Assembly (NCBI GenBank): GCA_023920165.1 | Contig: CP089277.1 | Coordinates: 1,550,001-1,614,000, forward strand | Length of the DNA: 64,000 bases | Reading direction: 5' to 3' | Origin: Curvularia clavata | Lineage: Eukaryota | In this document: piece by piece, positions 23,863-36,992 of the stretch | Position numbering within the stretch: position 1 is the first letter of the stretch | Layout of the letters: the number at the start of each line of letters is the position of its first letter | The notes under the pieces: model-generated | What the model saw: the letters and a program-made list of their open reading frames with translations, nothing else | Told to the model about the DNA's origin: nothing | The model's database searches: none | Made by a program: the position numbers and the translations under genes

Positions 23863-26800
23863 CCGGTTTGATCATGACATAGGCGAGATTTTTGGGGCAT
23901 TGCAGGGGCTTTCTCAAGCATCCTCTTGACCGTTGGCGACACTGACTTTGCAGCTTGTGCACTTGATTCCAACCCAGGGCGTCATTGGTGTTCACTGGCT
24001 GTTGCTGGAGTCTGCATTGTTTGCAGGTATCCAAGTCCCGAAACCCAGTAAAGCATCCATACAAAAATTAGCTTTCGGCTGACCACGTCATGGACGTATA
24101 CATGTGTTCGCCGGCTCCGATGCTGTCGTCCCGTTGAGCGGGAGGTTTTAATCATGGGCTGCGCTGTGCAATTTCACCAATCTGCGCGATGAAATACATT
24201 GCGGGTCAAGCACCAGTGGCGTGAGCTCCCCCAGAAGAACTGTTCCCCTTCAGAACGCAACTGCACAAACATGTTGGTTGTTCCACAGGTTATCCGGAAA
24301 AGTAAAAAGAGCCTTACCATGAAGACGTTACTGCTTACCCAGAGCCCAGTTCACCAGGCGTATCAACTATAGTCCAACGGCAAGTGCTTGTTCTGCGCGC
24401 GCCAAGGTGAAACACTGTAGTGGAGCAAGGCGAAACACGCTCTGCACGAGATGCTGATCCCGTATTGGCGCCAACCAAATCCAACATGAACCTGCATTGA
24501 AGAGCGGTTAAAATGATCGGTAAAGTAGACATAGACCAATGACGTTGTTTGCAGACTAAGATTAGTGCTGTTTCGTTCAGATTGTTTTAGGCGCCATTGA
24601 CCTTCTCCCCCATCTCAGATCATGACCCCCCACTCCAGGCGTGATTCGAGTCGACAAAGAGGTGGCCTTGATAAGCCTCTTAACGCACCAAGACGTATTT
24701 GTGAAGGCTACACAACTGCGGTATCAACAAATTATCTATTTTTGATGCTGGTCGCCCTATTCCAAGATCTTGGCATTGCCCTTTGCTGTGAACCCGCTAT
24801 TACACTGGCTTTTCATAATGCCCCTACCCCCTTTGCCTTGTCGAAGAGCTTTTCGGTTTTCGTGCGTTCTCCTTGACACCGCTTTGTCGAAACCCATGTC
24901 AGCCGGACAAATTACTCGGGAGCCAGAACATGAAGTCATTCACCATCCGTTTGCTCTGGGATTCCCTGACGTGTCTACTGCTGGCCCTAAATTCTTTTGC
25001 AGTTCGAAATCTCCGATAAAGCGGGTCGGCAAGCATATCCTCGTACCGACCAACAATGGGAAAATTTTCAGTGTGCTATACGCGGAGTTTTACAACTATA
25101 AGATTACCTTCAAGCTTATGCTCCGGCTGCCCCTGTCGGCAGCTTCGGATTGTGTATACCATAGCAGAGACCAGGATGTAGCTAGGCGCGAGCTCTGTCA
25201 TGACTGTGTCCCTTTGAAAGTCTATTGACTGCGTTGAGCTGCGAGACAGTAATTGATGAGGCATGCAGGTACTTCTACGTAATCTCTTCGCAACGTATCC
25301 GATCCCCGGCTTCTTTCGCAGCCCTACAAGGCTCTGGTCTTCTCAACGTCTGTCGTACCCCACAGTCGCAAAACTGTATCAGATATCTGACTTCCGGTCA
25401 TGGTGTCGGACCACCTGACGAGATACTGTTCAACTGTTACTTCTTCAGCATTCATTCAGAACAGGCCGGCCCAGACTCGTTTTAGGGTTTCTGGCAGTGC
25501 AGAGAGGCTGTGAATCACTAGCGCCATAGCCAAACACAAAATTGGCTATGTGGAAGCCCCGCAATTGCAAATACTCGTGAATGCTGGGAAGTGGCAGAGG
25601 TTCATTAAAAACAAAACAAGAAGGATTCGAGTGATAACGCGGTTGTTTTCCTATGGCCACTTCTGTAATGACCGGCCTGCATACGATTTGACAGCTATTA
25701 CGGACCTTGAGCACTCGTTCTAAAACAAGTAGCGCTTTTAGTCTAGGCTCATATTCTGCGCCTCTCTTGATGCAAGGTCGGCTGCCAAGCGAAGAAAAGT
25801 CTGTTGATGGGCTTGTGATAGTAATCGAAGCCGCTCTCCGGATACGCGGCACTTTCGCTAGGAGCTACCACTGAAGATGGATACGAATAAGCAGTCATTC
25901 CAAGCGACAAGCTGAAACCGTGGTGGCAAGACTGAGGGGAAGATAATCGAGGGCGCTGGACTACAGAGTTGGCAGTGAAAAGCATTTGCTCTTTTTCAAT
26001 TGCAATGCTTTATAGACTAAGCTGACATCTGGTAGTGTACCAAGGACAAGCCTGGGCGCCTAGGAACATAAGTTCTTTGCCCAACACACTAACACACGCT
26101 GGAAATCCAGAACGTCTCGCCTGATCAGCAATCACATATGTGGCGCGTCAGCGTCAGCTCCCATGTATCCGAATCACACGCCGTGCACTGCGGACGGAAA
26201 TGCAGCTGTCAGGAGCATTTCAAGCACGGTGTTGTTATGCTGCGTAGAAGAGGAGGCAATTCAGCAAGGTGTACAAGGGTCCGAACACCCCAGTTGCATT
26301 GCATATCAGAGAATATCATTTGCGATTGTACCTGACGTTAATGACCTGTTCCAGTGGTTACAAAATGATGCGCAAGCGACCCCTTTACTGATTCCGTGGT
26401 GCACGGCTGGGCATAGCTTATTTTCACATCTCAATTGTCACTTCGGCATTATTATTGCTTTTTTGGCGGCGCTATCGGCATGCGGGATCTTCACAGCCTC
26501 ATCCCTGTCTGGGCTTTGTGGGCCGCCGTTGCGAGGCTGCTCGTGTGAGCCTGGGATACCTCGAAAACGCGTTGGGCTTGCGACAAGCGAAAATGCATCT
26601 TTTCAATCTACTCTGGTTTGGCCCTACAATCTAGCCGAAGATGCGCGTCAAGAGATAGTGCATTCAACTCACTGTGAGTAGCTAGGTATTCTTTCAGGTG
26701 GGTGTTGTCTACATCACATCCTCGACATTCGTCTGCACATCCCCTATGCCACTGCATGCAGGAACCGGCACTAGGTACCGTGCGTTGCTTTTGTAACGAG

Positions 26801-27314
26801 CAAAGACAAGCGAAGCCACCACTGGCCTTACTGCAGATCTCACACCGATGTGTGCGCTGTTGGGATTGAATGGCTGATTTCGTGCCCTGCGTGGGATCAG
26901 CGTATGTGTGGCGCTTGTAGGGCGTTTTTTGGCGTCTGAAACCATGTACTAAAAGAAATATACACTCGCTTTTCTCTTCGTACGATTCGCTCGCGAAAAC
27001 CATTTGGGAAAACAGCGTCCCGCTCACTCCCCAGACTTCCTTCTTCGGTCAATACACTCGATACCAGTGTCTCAAGTCTGTGGAATTTCGGGCTTAGCCT
27101 TCGCTTCACCGTATACCAATATTCAAAGTTAAACAAAGCACATGAAGTTGACGTAAAGCACGGAGCAGAGATGATCGTTTATATACGGCACTCGCCCTGA
27201 TGCATTTGATCGATCAGGCCAGTTGTTTTTCAACTCAGTCACTCGTTTCTTTTCTGGTCGTTTTCAAAGCAAGTGCCTCGCCGTTGTACTTGTTGCATTC
27301 TTTATTACTACGCA

Positions 27315-29588
27315 ATGGTCGCCTACAGTCCTTACCTTGCTGCTTCAGCATCACTTTCGTCTGTCTATCATGCAGCTACACCGTCCGAGTTTCAGGCCCC
27401 GTCTGCTTGCCATGTAGTCACTGCTACTGTCACCGAGTACGCCACTGCTCGGCCCACCACCAACGAGCATGGACACGGCGGACCATACTACAATCCTTAC
27501 AATGATGTGCCACTTCCGTTTGAGTGGCCGGGCAAGCCTTCTCATGGCGAACTCTACCCTCCTCCTATGCCGACTCCGCCTTATCCGTACGGCGGTCCAG
27601 CAAAAGACTCGTACGAAGGGCCATGCTGGATCCCGAAAGGCACCGACAACCTCGTGCCCGCTCTTCCAAGTGTAGAGCAGTGTGGAAACTCGCAATGGGG
27701 ATCGATCGACAATCCGCATCTTCCCGTTGATGGTCTTCCGGGTGGCCACTCAAACTATACGCACCCATGGGCCACCAAGTCGATCGCTAGACCTCCGTAT
27801 CCTACTGCGGTCGGATCAGGGTATGTCTCTTTGAATGTTTCAAAGACGTACACTGCTGGGCCTACTGGTACCCCGGTGCCAGACCCTCTATGCCCTACCA
27901 TACCTGACACTGGTGTAACGAGGACTTACGATCTTCATATTGCATACCAAACTATCGCACCAGATGGTGTGACCAGGAACGGGTTGACTATCAATGGGCA
28001 ATTCCCCGGCCCACTCGTGGAGGCTAACTGGTGAGTGTGAAATGAGTATACATGTTCATCTGGCTGACGGCTTGCAGGGGTGACTGGATCCTATGGAGAG
28101 TTACCAACGATCTTACCGACGAAGGTACCACACTTCATCCGCACGGTCTTCTCCAGACCCAGACGAGCTGGTACGATGGGGTCCCTGCAGTAGCCCAGTG
28201 CCCTATTACACCCAACGGCGGTTACCAGGAAATGTTGTTCCGCGCTGATCGATACGGAACATCATGGTACCACAGTAAGTTCCAGAAGTTGATGACTACC
28301 TTCGAGTCCCATGCTAACCTGTTCAGGTCACTACAGTGCTCAGTACTCCGGTGGTGCGCATGGTCCAATGGTCATCTACGGTCCAAAGCACGAGGAATAC
28401 GACATCGACATCGGTCCTATCGTTCTCGAGGATTGGTTCCATGCTGATTACTACTCTTTGGTAGAGGGAACCATGCAAGGCAGATTCCCTCCCTCGAACA
28501 ACAACTTGATCAATGGCCGCATGAACTACCCTTGTGCTAACACGACCTTGCCTTGCACACCCAATGCCGGTGTCTCCAAGTTCAAGTTCCAATCCGGCAA
28601 GAAGCACCTTTTACGCCTCATCAACATGGGTGCTGAGGGTAACCAGAAGTTCAGTATCGACGGACATGTCTTGAAGGTTATTGCTGTTGACTTTATTCCG
28701 ATTGAACCATACACGACCAACGTCGTCACGCTTGCAGTTGGTCAGCGCTCTGACGTTATCGTTGAGGCAGTTGGAAAGCCCAGTGACACTTTCTGGATGC
28801 GCTCTCAACTTGCTCAAGGTTTCCGTTGCACACTTACTGACGGTATTTCGCCAAACGCCCTTGCTGCTGTTTACTACGAGGACGCCGACAGCAACGCCAT
28901 CCCCCAGTCCGTCTCGAACGTCACTCAAGCGCAGCTGCAGCAGTGCAAGAACGACCCCATTGATCTTGGTGCTCCTCTATGCAAGATTCCCTTGGAAGAG
29001 CCTGACCATGTTGAACGTGTTGACTTTGAGTTCCGCTCCAACGGCACAAACTTCATCTGGTATCTCAATAACAGCACCTACCGCGGCAACTTCAACGACC
29101 CTACGCTCCTCAAAGCGAAGAAGGGCGAGACCCAGTTCCCGGCCGAATCCAACGTGTACCAATTCCCTGGCGCAAAGAACGTTCGCTTCCATCTCGTGAA
29201 CCACGGTCTCATTGGCGGACACCCAATGCACCTTCACGGACACGACTTTCACGTTCTGGCTGAAGGTTATGGGGAGTGGGATGGCACTGTCACCAACCCA
29301 GAGAACACTCTTCGCCGTGATGTACACCAGATGCAGAATGCGCGCAACGTAAGCGGAGTCGTCGAGCCATCCTACATGGTGCTTCAGTTTGTGCAGGACA
29401 ACCCAGGTGCCTGGCCACTGCACTGCCATCTTGCATGGCACGTTAGCGGCGGCTTGTTCCTGCAGATCTTGGAGCACCCAGATGAGATCCGCAAGCAGGA
29501 GTTTGATGAGGATGTGTTCAGGGTCTGCGAAGAGTGGGATGCGTATACCGCGGAGAACGTCATAAATCAGATTGACTCGGGACTGTAG
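27315..29588 (+). CDS. Laccase-like multicopper oxidase (CAZy AA1)
   Basis: Copper motifs HPHG, WYHSH, HPMHLHGH, HCHLAWHVSGGL; ascomycete C-terminus IDSGL. Introns 28031-28077 and 28275-28326. Confidence 0.95.
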
Positions 29589-30017
29589 ATGATTTCTTAA
29601 CTTTCTGCTGTTGTAAATATTTTTAAAGGACTAATTGTGTTGTGGAGGTCCTTCGCGGTTCTAACTTCAGACATTCTTTTATTGTAAAATCATATTTTGT
29701 TTGAGCTTACGATCGTTTATTTGCGCGCGAGGTATTTGTTGACTTTTGATATGAATGGCCAAAGTAAAGCAGCACGAGAGCTACCATGTAGCAGTGGAAT
29801 TGCATCCTCATGTTGAGCGTTGTGGTGACGTCATTCCAGACACTTTAGAACGACACCACACGCATCTCTATTCCAAGAGCTTTCTTTAACAAAAGGCTGT
29901 CTTCTCAGCACCTACTTAGCTAAAGAAAATCATCATCGGATTGTTCCAGACTCGCGATAACCACGCTGCACAAAGCCAAAGCCTCTAACTCAGTACATCA
30001 ATCTGAGTGTTCAGAAA

Positions 30018-30863
30018 ATGACTATGAATGCAACACCCCAACAGCTGAAAGTTTTGCTCACTGGCGGCGCACGAGGCATTGGGCGCGGCCTCTTCCGGCA
30101 CCTTCTGACCGCCGGCCATGAAGTTATAATCCTAGACTCAAACCAGGAAGAACTCGAGCACGTGAAGACGCGGGCGCAGGAATGGTCCAACGGCGACAAG
30201 CAAAACTGGCACGCGCTCCAATGCGACCTCAGCTCGCGCAACCAACTCAAGGCCGCCGTCGACGAGGTCAAACAGAAATTTAATGGCAAGTTGGATGTTC
30301 TAATTAACAATGCGTTCCCGACGGACCTCAACATCTCGGAAGACCGCCGCATGGAAGCGCAAGGAGAGGACATGGAGAAAGAATGGGATTTGAAAATTGC
30401 AGTTGGACTCACTGCGCCGTTCATTCTAAGTCGCCTGTGCGTCCCGCTTCTGGCAGCGGGCCGCTCGACGCCGAATTCGCCGGGCACAATTATCAATATG
30501 TCGTCGACCCGTGCATATCAAGCAGAAGAGAATCACGAGGCGTACTCTGCGGTAAAAGCGGGGCTTTTGGGGCTGACAAAGTCAATGTGTGTGTCACTGG
30601 GGCATCGTCATAAAATCAGGGTGAATGCGATTATCCCTGGGTGGATTCATGTCGCCAATGAAAGCAAAGCTGGAGACGGGAAGGGAGCGAAATGGGAGGA
30701 AGGGCTAACTGAAGATGATACAGCTTGGCATCCTGCGGGGAGGGTGGGCAAGGTAGAGGATATTGCCAAGGCGGTCGAGTACGCGGTGGGCAACGAGTTT
30801 GTGACTGGCCAGGAGATAGTGGTGGATGGTGGTGTTGGGCGGAAGATGGTGTACCCAGAGTAA
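30018..30863 (+). CDS. Short-chain dehydrogenase/reductase
   Basis: TGGARGIG, LDVLINNA, NMSS, YSAVK, IRVNAIIPGWI, VTGQEIVVDGG. Confidence 0.93.
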   Translation: MTMNATPQQLKVLLTGGARGIGRGLFRHLLTAGHEVIILDSNQEELEHVKTRAQEWSNGDKQNWHALQCDLSSRNQLKAAVDEVKQKFNGKLDVLINNAFPTDLNISEDRRMEAQGEDMEKEWDLKIAVGLTAPFILSRLCVPLLAAGRSTPNSPGTIINMSSTRAYQAEENHEAYSAVKAGLLGLTKSMCVSLGHRHKIRVNAIIPGWIHVANESKAGDGKGAKWEEGLTEDDTAWHPAGRVGKVEDIAKAVEYAVGNEFVTGQEIVVDGGVGRKMVYPE

Positions 30864-32085
30864 AGAATGGGAGTGCCGAGACGTGGTGTTGTTGCTTCTT
30901 GCATTACGATAGTGGCACGCACAGATGCGAACAGCCCTTACAGAAGAAGCAAAGCAGCAAAAGAAATATTCTAGAAGAAAAACTGTCTTTAGCTGGATGT
31001 GCTTTTGCGGTAGCGGCCCGGGACGCATCGACCAAATGCTGCAGGGGCCAGTTTGCTTTTGTTTGCTGGCTAGTCTGCATCGAGCCTGCTCGTAGGAAGC
31101 TGCTCAATTTGGGAAGCCCTACGCATGGGAAGTCGATATTTAAATATTATTGTAATGAACTTTGGGGTAGTCTTAGTCGATGGGAGTTGTGACCTACTCA
31201 CTGACGTCTTTCGATGTAACTTACTTAGCATAGCTGTTTACTTTGCTAGATATAAAAGCAATGTGTGGAGATGATGAGGGTGTATTGAAAGTTTCTTCCT
31301 CTAGGTTTGTTTCTATAGCATTGCACTGCCTTGGCTTGGTACAATCTAGATATGGATATCTCTTACTAGTCTCTCATTGTTAACTGTTTGCTTAGTATGG
31401 CTTGAATCCTCGTCAGCCGAGAAATTTTTTCATCGATGTTTTAATTTCCAAATCTATTTGTTGATTGAACTAAACGTATCTGCACCGTAACTCGGTGAGT
31501 GTATCTTTGTTGTTATGAAACTAGATCACAGATAGTTTTGAAATGAGAGACTGCAGTTTGTACCTTCAACTGCTTTCAAGTTGGTTGGCTTTCAATTGTT
31601 TACATTTTCTAATTAGTAGTTGACAAGCAGGCTATTACCGTACGGAGTACTGACAGAATCGAGTACTGGACTGTTCTAGAAAGCACAAACGGACTGCGCT
31701 AACAAGGCTAATTTCACGTCTGCTGTCCCTATAAGGTTTGCATCCCGCCGTTTGTGCGCCGATTCCCATGTTTTTCCGCCATAGACAGTTGCACAAGCAC
31801 GTGTGCTCGCTCCGTTTGCAAACCAAATCAACTTGCTCACAGGCCCGTTACATCAATTTTTTCATACGATTTGACCTCTGTTCTCTTCCTAACAATCCCT
31901 CAACCTCTTTGCAAACCTCAGACTAACCAAATTCAACTTCTCTGCTCGTATTGCTGGACTGGCACACCTATCTCTGGAGATCACGAACTCAGATTTGGCA
32001 AGACCGATTGGTCTTTGTGTACAGGAAACAAGAAATAATTAAGTCGTCTGCTCTGGAAAAACTTATTGAAAGGTCCGGAAACGCA

Positions 32086-33338
32086 ATGTCAACAAATAAT
32101 ACACCGAACGCCTTTGTACCTGGCGACGGGTGAGTTCTATCGTACATTTCAACCTGGGATTGTACTCATAATACTACAGAGTTGCTCCACCTCAAGGCCA
32201 AGGCCCGGGCGAAACCGTTTCCAAGTCTCAAAAGGCTCGTCATCGCAAGGCCGCGAAGAAAGCTGAAGGTCTCGCCGCCGACGTCGCTGAGCCGGGAGAC
32301 AACGATACTGGTCAAAAGCAGATGCAAACTGCAGGAAGTGCCCTGAAGCCTACGCAAAAGCCTCAGCACGGTACGTAAGGAACATGTATCACGCTGGAAC
32401 ACTCAAGATAGGCTAATGTTCAGCTGGCAGGCAATTCGGGAGTGTCCTCTGAATCACTCAACACAGAGGCCGATCCGACGGAGGTCATACCACTGTCGTC
32501 GGAGTCTTCTTTTCCCGCAGCCTTCTCATACCGAGGATCCTACTTGGATACCGCTGAGAACAAAGGCTTATCATATCGTGAGGATTCTTCAGCTATCGTC
32601 GCTCAGCCCGTCGACAATCTTCTGGAAATGATCCGTCAGCAGCGCCAAGCTCTTCTCACTGGCCCACAGATAAGCATCCGTATCGGCAACACGTCTGTGA
32701 CAGGAATCTACAAACGAGCCGCAATGGCAGCGTCTCCCTTTTTGCAGCGGTACTTCTCAGAGCATCCCGAGTCACTGGAGTACCATTTCACAACAAGCAC
32801 GATTGACCCAAGTGTCATCCACTTCTTGCTCGTTGAATGGATTCATGAAACCTGTAGCGGGTTCGAGGCCCATGCTGTTCCAGCCCGGAATAGTTTTGAA
32901 GAGGATGTTGCCGTGCTGCGTGCTGCTCACATGCTACGCATGGAAAGATACTGTGCTGACACCCGAGCTGAGTACCTCAACTACTTGAAGACATGTCTAC
33001 CAAGTTATGAAGAAATTGCTATCATCGAGAAGAACTTTCCTGGTGATTGGAGCAGACTTTGGAAGGTAATGGTCAAAAATCTCAGTTACCAACGCTTCAA
33101 GAAATGCATCCCTGATCCAGAAGAGTTTGAGAAATTCTTGGAAGAGCACCCTCGTCTCAAGAAGGGAATGCAAGCTGCCGATGAAGCCCTGGCGCGTAAA
33201 GCAAAGGAGCGTAGGGACTATCGCGAGAAACAGCGCCGCCAGCGCAAGGAGAAGCATGAGGCAGAACGACTTGAGCACAACCCGCACGAGTCTGCTGCTG
33301 CCGAGCTGAAGAAGAAGATACGCGCACTGGTCTCGTGA
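32086..33338 (+). CDS. Hypothetical protein with BTB/POZ-like domain and charged C-terminal helix
   Basis: Introns 32130-32179 and 32371-32430 link ATG 32086 in frame to the 298-aa ORF. The domain resembles the C-terminus of the 10902-12697 protein. Confidence 0.75.
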
Positions 33339-34127
33339 CTGTCATAGAGATGCTGCCTGACATTGCCTCTATGCGCTAGAAGTCTCAAAGCAGGCGGTTG
33401 TTTTGCGTTCAAGAGATCGATACTTTGAACCGAGTCATTTGTGAGACTTTCTGGAGAAGTTTCGATGTCGAGCGCTCGAAGCTGGGTATGAGGTATCCGA
33501 GTTGCGATATGGTCCGCGCTGGATACTGTTCATCGGAGGTAGTCAATTCCAAATGGTGTGTAGTTCACAAAACTTCTTTTGCACTGCCCGTGTCCTCGCA
33601 AACATTTTCGAAGTGTTGTTGCCGTCGCCTCAATGATTGGCCTGGTTTAACAGGCGTGATGTTCAATTCTGGGTGCATCTTGACAGCTTCATCTTGTTGC
33701 ATTTTGTGCTGCTACGTCCATGAAGAGACCAAATCCATCATGACAGTTGCGCTGGTCGTCCAACGGAGTCTGAGTCTCGAACAACGCAGAAAAAGTTCAC
33801 TGCTCTGAAGCATGTCACTCGGAATGTATTGCCTAACAGTAAGCGTAACAAGACTCAGATTTAGGTTGCATGCCGAGCCGCTAAGCCCCAGACCGGTTCT
33901 CAATTGGCTGTGCGGGCGGGTGAAATGTCAGGGACAAGCGCGACCAACCGGAGTGGCGCGGGGCCAACCCCTCATTGGTTCAGTGTTAGAGACACCTGCA
34001 GCATCATCAGAACACATCACTCCTTCTGTTTATCCTTCTGTTGTCCTGTCGTTACGCTTACCCTTACGAACGTTACAAATCGCGCTCTCTCTTGGTTGTT
34101 CCATTCCAGCCTCGCCCTGCCGAAAAA

Positions 34128-35079
34128 ATGGTGTCTACGCGCTCACACCCTCAAGGTGACTTTCCCGCCACCGAGGCGTCACCTACTAAGAAGACGTCCC
34201 GATCATCGCGCAACTCAACCGCGTCGCCTGCGCCACCAGACTTCGACTTGTCGCCGACCGGCGCAAAGTTGCTGGCCAAGCGCGCAGTCTCGAATGCTGC
34301 GTCGGAAATCAGCCCTCCTTCACCTGTCGAGATCAACGAGCCTACCTGGTGCCATACAGCCTCTAAGCTTACCATCTTATGGCTGTCCATTTCTATGCCG
34401 CTTGTGCTATGGGACGCTCTTTACATTCTGCTGCGCCCGCATACCATGGCTGGTGGCGCAATCCAATGGCCGATATGGAAGCCTTACGAAGTCTATGCAG
34501 CCATTGATCATGTATACGGATGGCCCGGATGGAACAATCGCGATGGATTTGGTGCGGCGCAGGGCGTGCTCAACGCTGTCGAGCTCGTTCTATACGGACT
34601 GTACTCAATGATAGTATACAACCATGGCATTCCCGTCGCTAGTGGCACTGGTGTGAAAGCCAAAGGTGGATTCTTCTCCGGTGGTCTCAAGGTGCGCGGT
34701 AAGCCCGGCAACCGCGCACTCATTATTGGCTTCGCTGCCGCTGTTATGACGCTCAGCAAGACTGTCTTGTATTGTGAGTATAGAAGAGATGCTGCCTAGG
34801 CAACAGCATGTGCTGATGAGAACAGACTGCAACGAAATCTTTTCCGATTTTAAAAACATCAAGCACAATGATTGGTTTACAGTTATATCACTCTACGGCA
34901 TCATGAAGTACGTTATTTTCCCTTCTTGCGCGAACATGATATGATTCGAACATTGAGCTAATTACCGCCAAAGTGGCCTTTGGATCGTTTTCCCTGCATA
35001 CATGACAATTGTCTTTGGTACCGACATCCTCGAAGCTCTTGACAGGACTTCAGAACCCTCGCCCAAGAAGCGAAATTAG
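34128..35079 (+). CDS. EXPERA-domain (EBP/TM6SF2-like) membrane protein
   Basis: LVLWDALYILLRP, IWKPYEVYAAIDHVYG, AVMTLSKTVLYY, NGLWIVFP. Introns 34774-34825 and 34908-34973. Confidence 0.85.
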
Positions 35080-35744
35080 TTTTCAGCACGCGTAATGAAC
35101 GTTGTGTTTTATTTTGTTTATACCTTACGAGTGACTGAGGTTCGGCTATTGCAAACGAATCCGCGAGATTTTTCTTTGCCTTCTGTTGCTCAATGAGGCA
35201 TTGTAAACCAGTAAAGGGGTTCTCTTGAACAGCTTAGCAAGTGCCATCGGGCCTTGCAGCGCTCCTACACCAGCCAATCACCGTACCAGGATTATCTTGG
35301 TTGGAACTCATGAGGCATAGAGAACCGTTTTCATTTTGGTCAATTTTGGTTTTGTATCTAGTTTTCGGGTGGCAGGCCGCCTGATGACCATTGCCATTTG
35401 TAGTCCAGCGTCTAGCAAATAATGTTTTTGATCGCCTGACAACAATGTCGTAGCTGGAACGATGAGCCGATTGAATGGAGGATACATCAACAGTATTTTC
35501 TAATAGTTCAACTCTATTCGCTATTTCTTTGCTAGTGTGCTCCTCGTAAGACATCGATGTCCTTATTTTTATTCGTCATCATTCCATCATTCCTAAAACA
35601 AACATGACTCAATGTACAGAATCCTCACTTCCTCAAACTCCTCTATCCCAGCACTCGCAGAATAACACCCGTCAGGCCGCTCCTCCCTCGATAAGCCTAT
35701 CCCAGTCCTTCGCTCCACATCTCCTTTCTCCTCTCCCAACAATC

Positions 35745-36992
35745 TCACATAACACTACAGTCCATACTCATCCCACACCTCCTCTCCTTCAGCCCACCCT
35801 TCCCAGCATACATGTCATCATCATCTCCTCCACTAATCACCCTCCTTGCCTCGTTCAGCTGCGCAACGCTAACTGCCCTTCCAAATGGTCCCTCGTCCAC
35901 CTCCACCATCGCCTTTTTCCGCTCGAGCTCGTCTCGGCCTGGCGTGCTGAAGACGCTGCGTTGTGACTGCGCTGTGCCGCCTGAGTTGTTGGAGGTTGCG
36001 GAAAAAGAGACGAGGCGCTGGATTGGGGTGGAGGATGTCGGGATGGGCTTGCGTGATTCGGTTCGAGGGCTGGTTTGGGCTGGCACTGGGTTAATGGCGT
36101 TTACTTGTGGTGCTGTAGGTTGGGAATTTGACTGGAATGGGAGGTGGTAGGACTTTGCGTGTGGCTGCGGCTCTGTTGATTTGGTTGTCTCGTCTATATT
36201 GTTGGCTAGAATGATCTGTGAGTGGATGTGCGGGTGCTGTGAGAGCGGGTTTGTCCGTTGTATGGTATGATTTGCCAGCGGTTTTTTGAGATTGGTAATA
36301 GACGCGTTGGAGCTGGGAGATGGTCCTTGGCTCGCTGCTGGGTTGGCTGGGGTCGGTACAGTGTCGGGACTAGGTCTTACGTTGGAAGAACGCTTGGGAA
36401 GTACGATTGGAGTTGGTGAGACTAAAGGACGATATGCGGATCTCATTTGCGACAAAGTCATAGGTGTGGGTGTGTCGGGACAGTCGATGGACAGGTCTTT
36501 GTTATAGTAGCCCTGCACTTTCTTGGGTTCGTATTGCTTGAAAACGCCACTCCCATCTTCTGCTTTGTCGGTTTGATCATCAGCTGGTATTCTGCGGCGC
36601 GAAGGCTGCCTTGTCGGCGAAGTCGGTTTGCCTCTATGGCTTTTACTCCGACCTTGCCGCCTGACAGGAGACCTTCTTGCCATTCCTGCGCCGTTTCTTT
36701 TCAGCTCTATGTGATCTCTTGTCGCTTCGTGCGCAAATCCAATTTCTTCGCTTTTGAGAATGCGGTTGTGTGCTCGTGGTATCTCCTCACTCCGGGGTCG
36801 CGCCAACGACTGCTCTTTCATCTCTGGCGACGCACCATGTGGCTTCTTTGGATGAGCACGACTTCCATTTGTAGCGTCCACGTCTTGGGGTGGAGAAGGC
36901 GTGATAGCGCGGATTGTCGGACGAGCTGATCCAGGGCGAGCTGGGCTCTGTGGCGCAGAGGTTGATGGGCGCGGGTGAAAATGCGTTGTCAT
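35745..36992 (-). CDS. Intrinsically disordered Pro/Ser/Arg-rich protein ending in a CaaX box (CSVM)
   Basis: About 415-aa intronless ORF ending KERRCGMSMDCSVM*. Confidence 0.7.
   Translation of the reverse strand: MTTHFHPRPSTSAPQSPARPGSARPTIRAITPSPPQDVDATNGSRAHPKKPHGASPEMKEQSLARPRSEEIPRAHNRILKSEEIGFAHEATRDHIELKRNGAGMARRSPVRRQGRSKSHRGKPTSPTRQPSRRRIPADDQTDKAEDGSGVFKQYEPKKVQGYYNKDLSIDCPDTPTPMTLSQMRSAYRPLVSPTPIVLPKRSSNVRPSPDTVPTPANPAASQGPSPSSNASITNLKKPLANHTIQRTNPLSQHPHIHSQIILANNIDETTKSTEPQPHAKSYHLPFQSNSQPTAPQVNAINPVPAQTSPRTESRKPIPTSSTPIQRLVSFSATSNNSGGTAQSQRSVFSTPGRDELERKKAMVEVDEGPFGRAVSVAQLNEARRVISGGDDDDMYAGKGGLKERRCGMSMDCSVM

Noticed and set aside
25478..25492. TTAGGGTT as a telomerase-RNA template or telomeric seed (also near 5608)
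   Set aside because: A single copy that does not give the expected TAACCCTAA template; no supporting structure.
24335..27136. Several 60-170-aa ORFs in the LPMO-laccase spacer
   Set aside because: No domain-like sequence or codon bias, many with non-ATG starts, and no consistent splice model found.
31140..31630. AT-rich stretch as a possible RIP-mutated transposon relic
   Set aside because: Only mildly AT-rich, with no repeat boundaries or coding remnants; RIP indices could not be computed.
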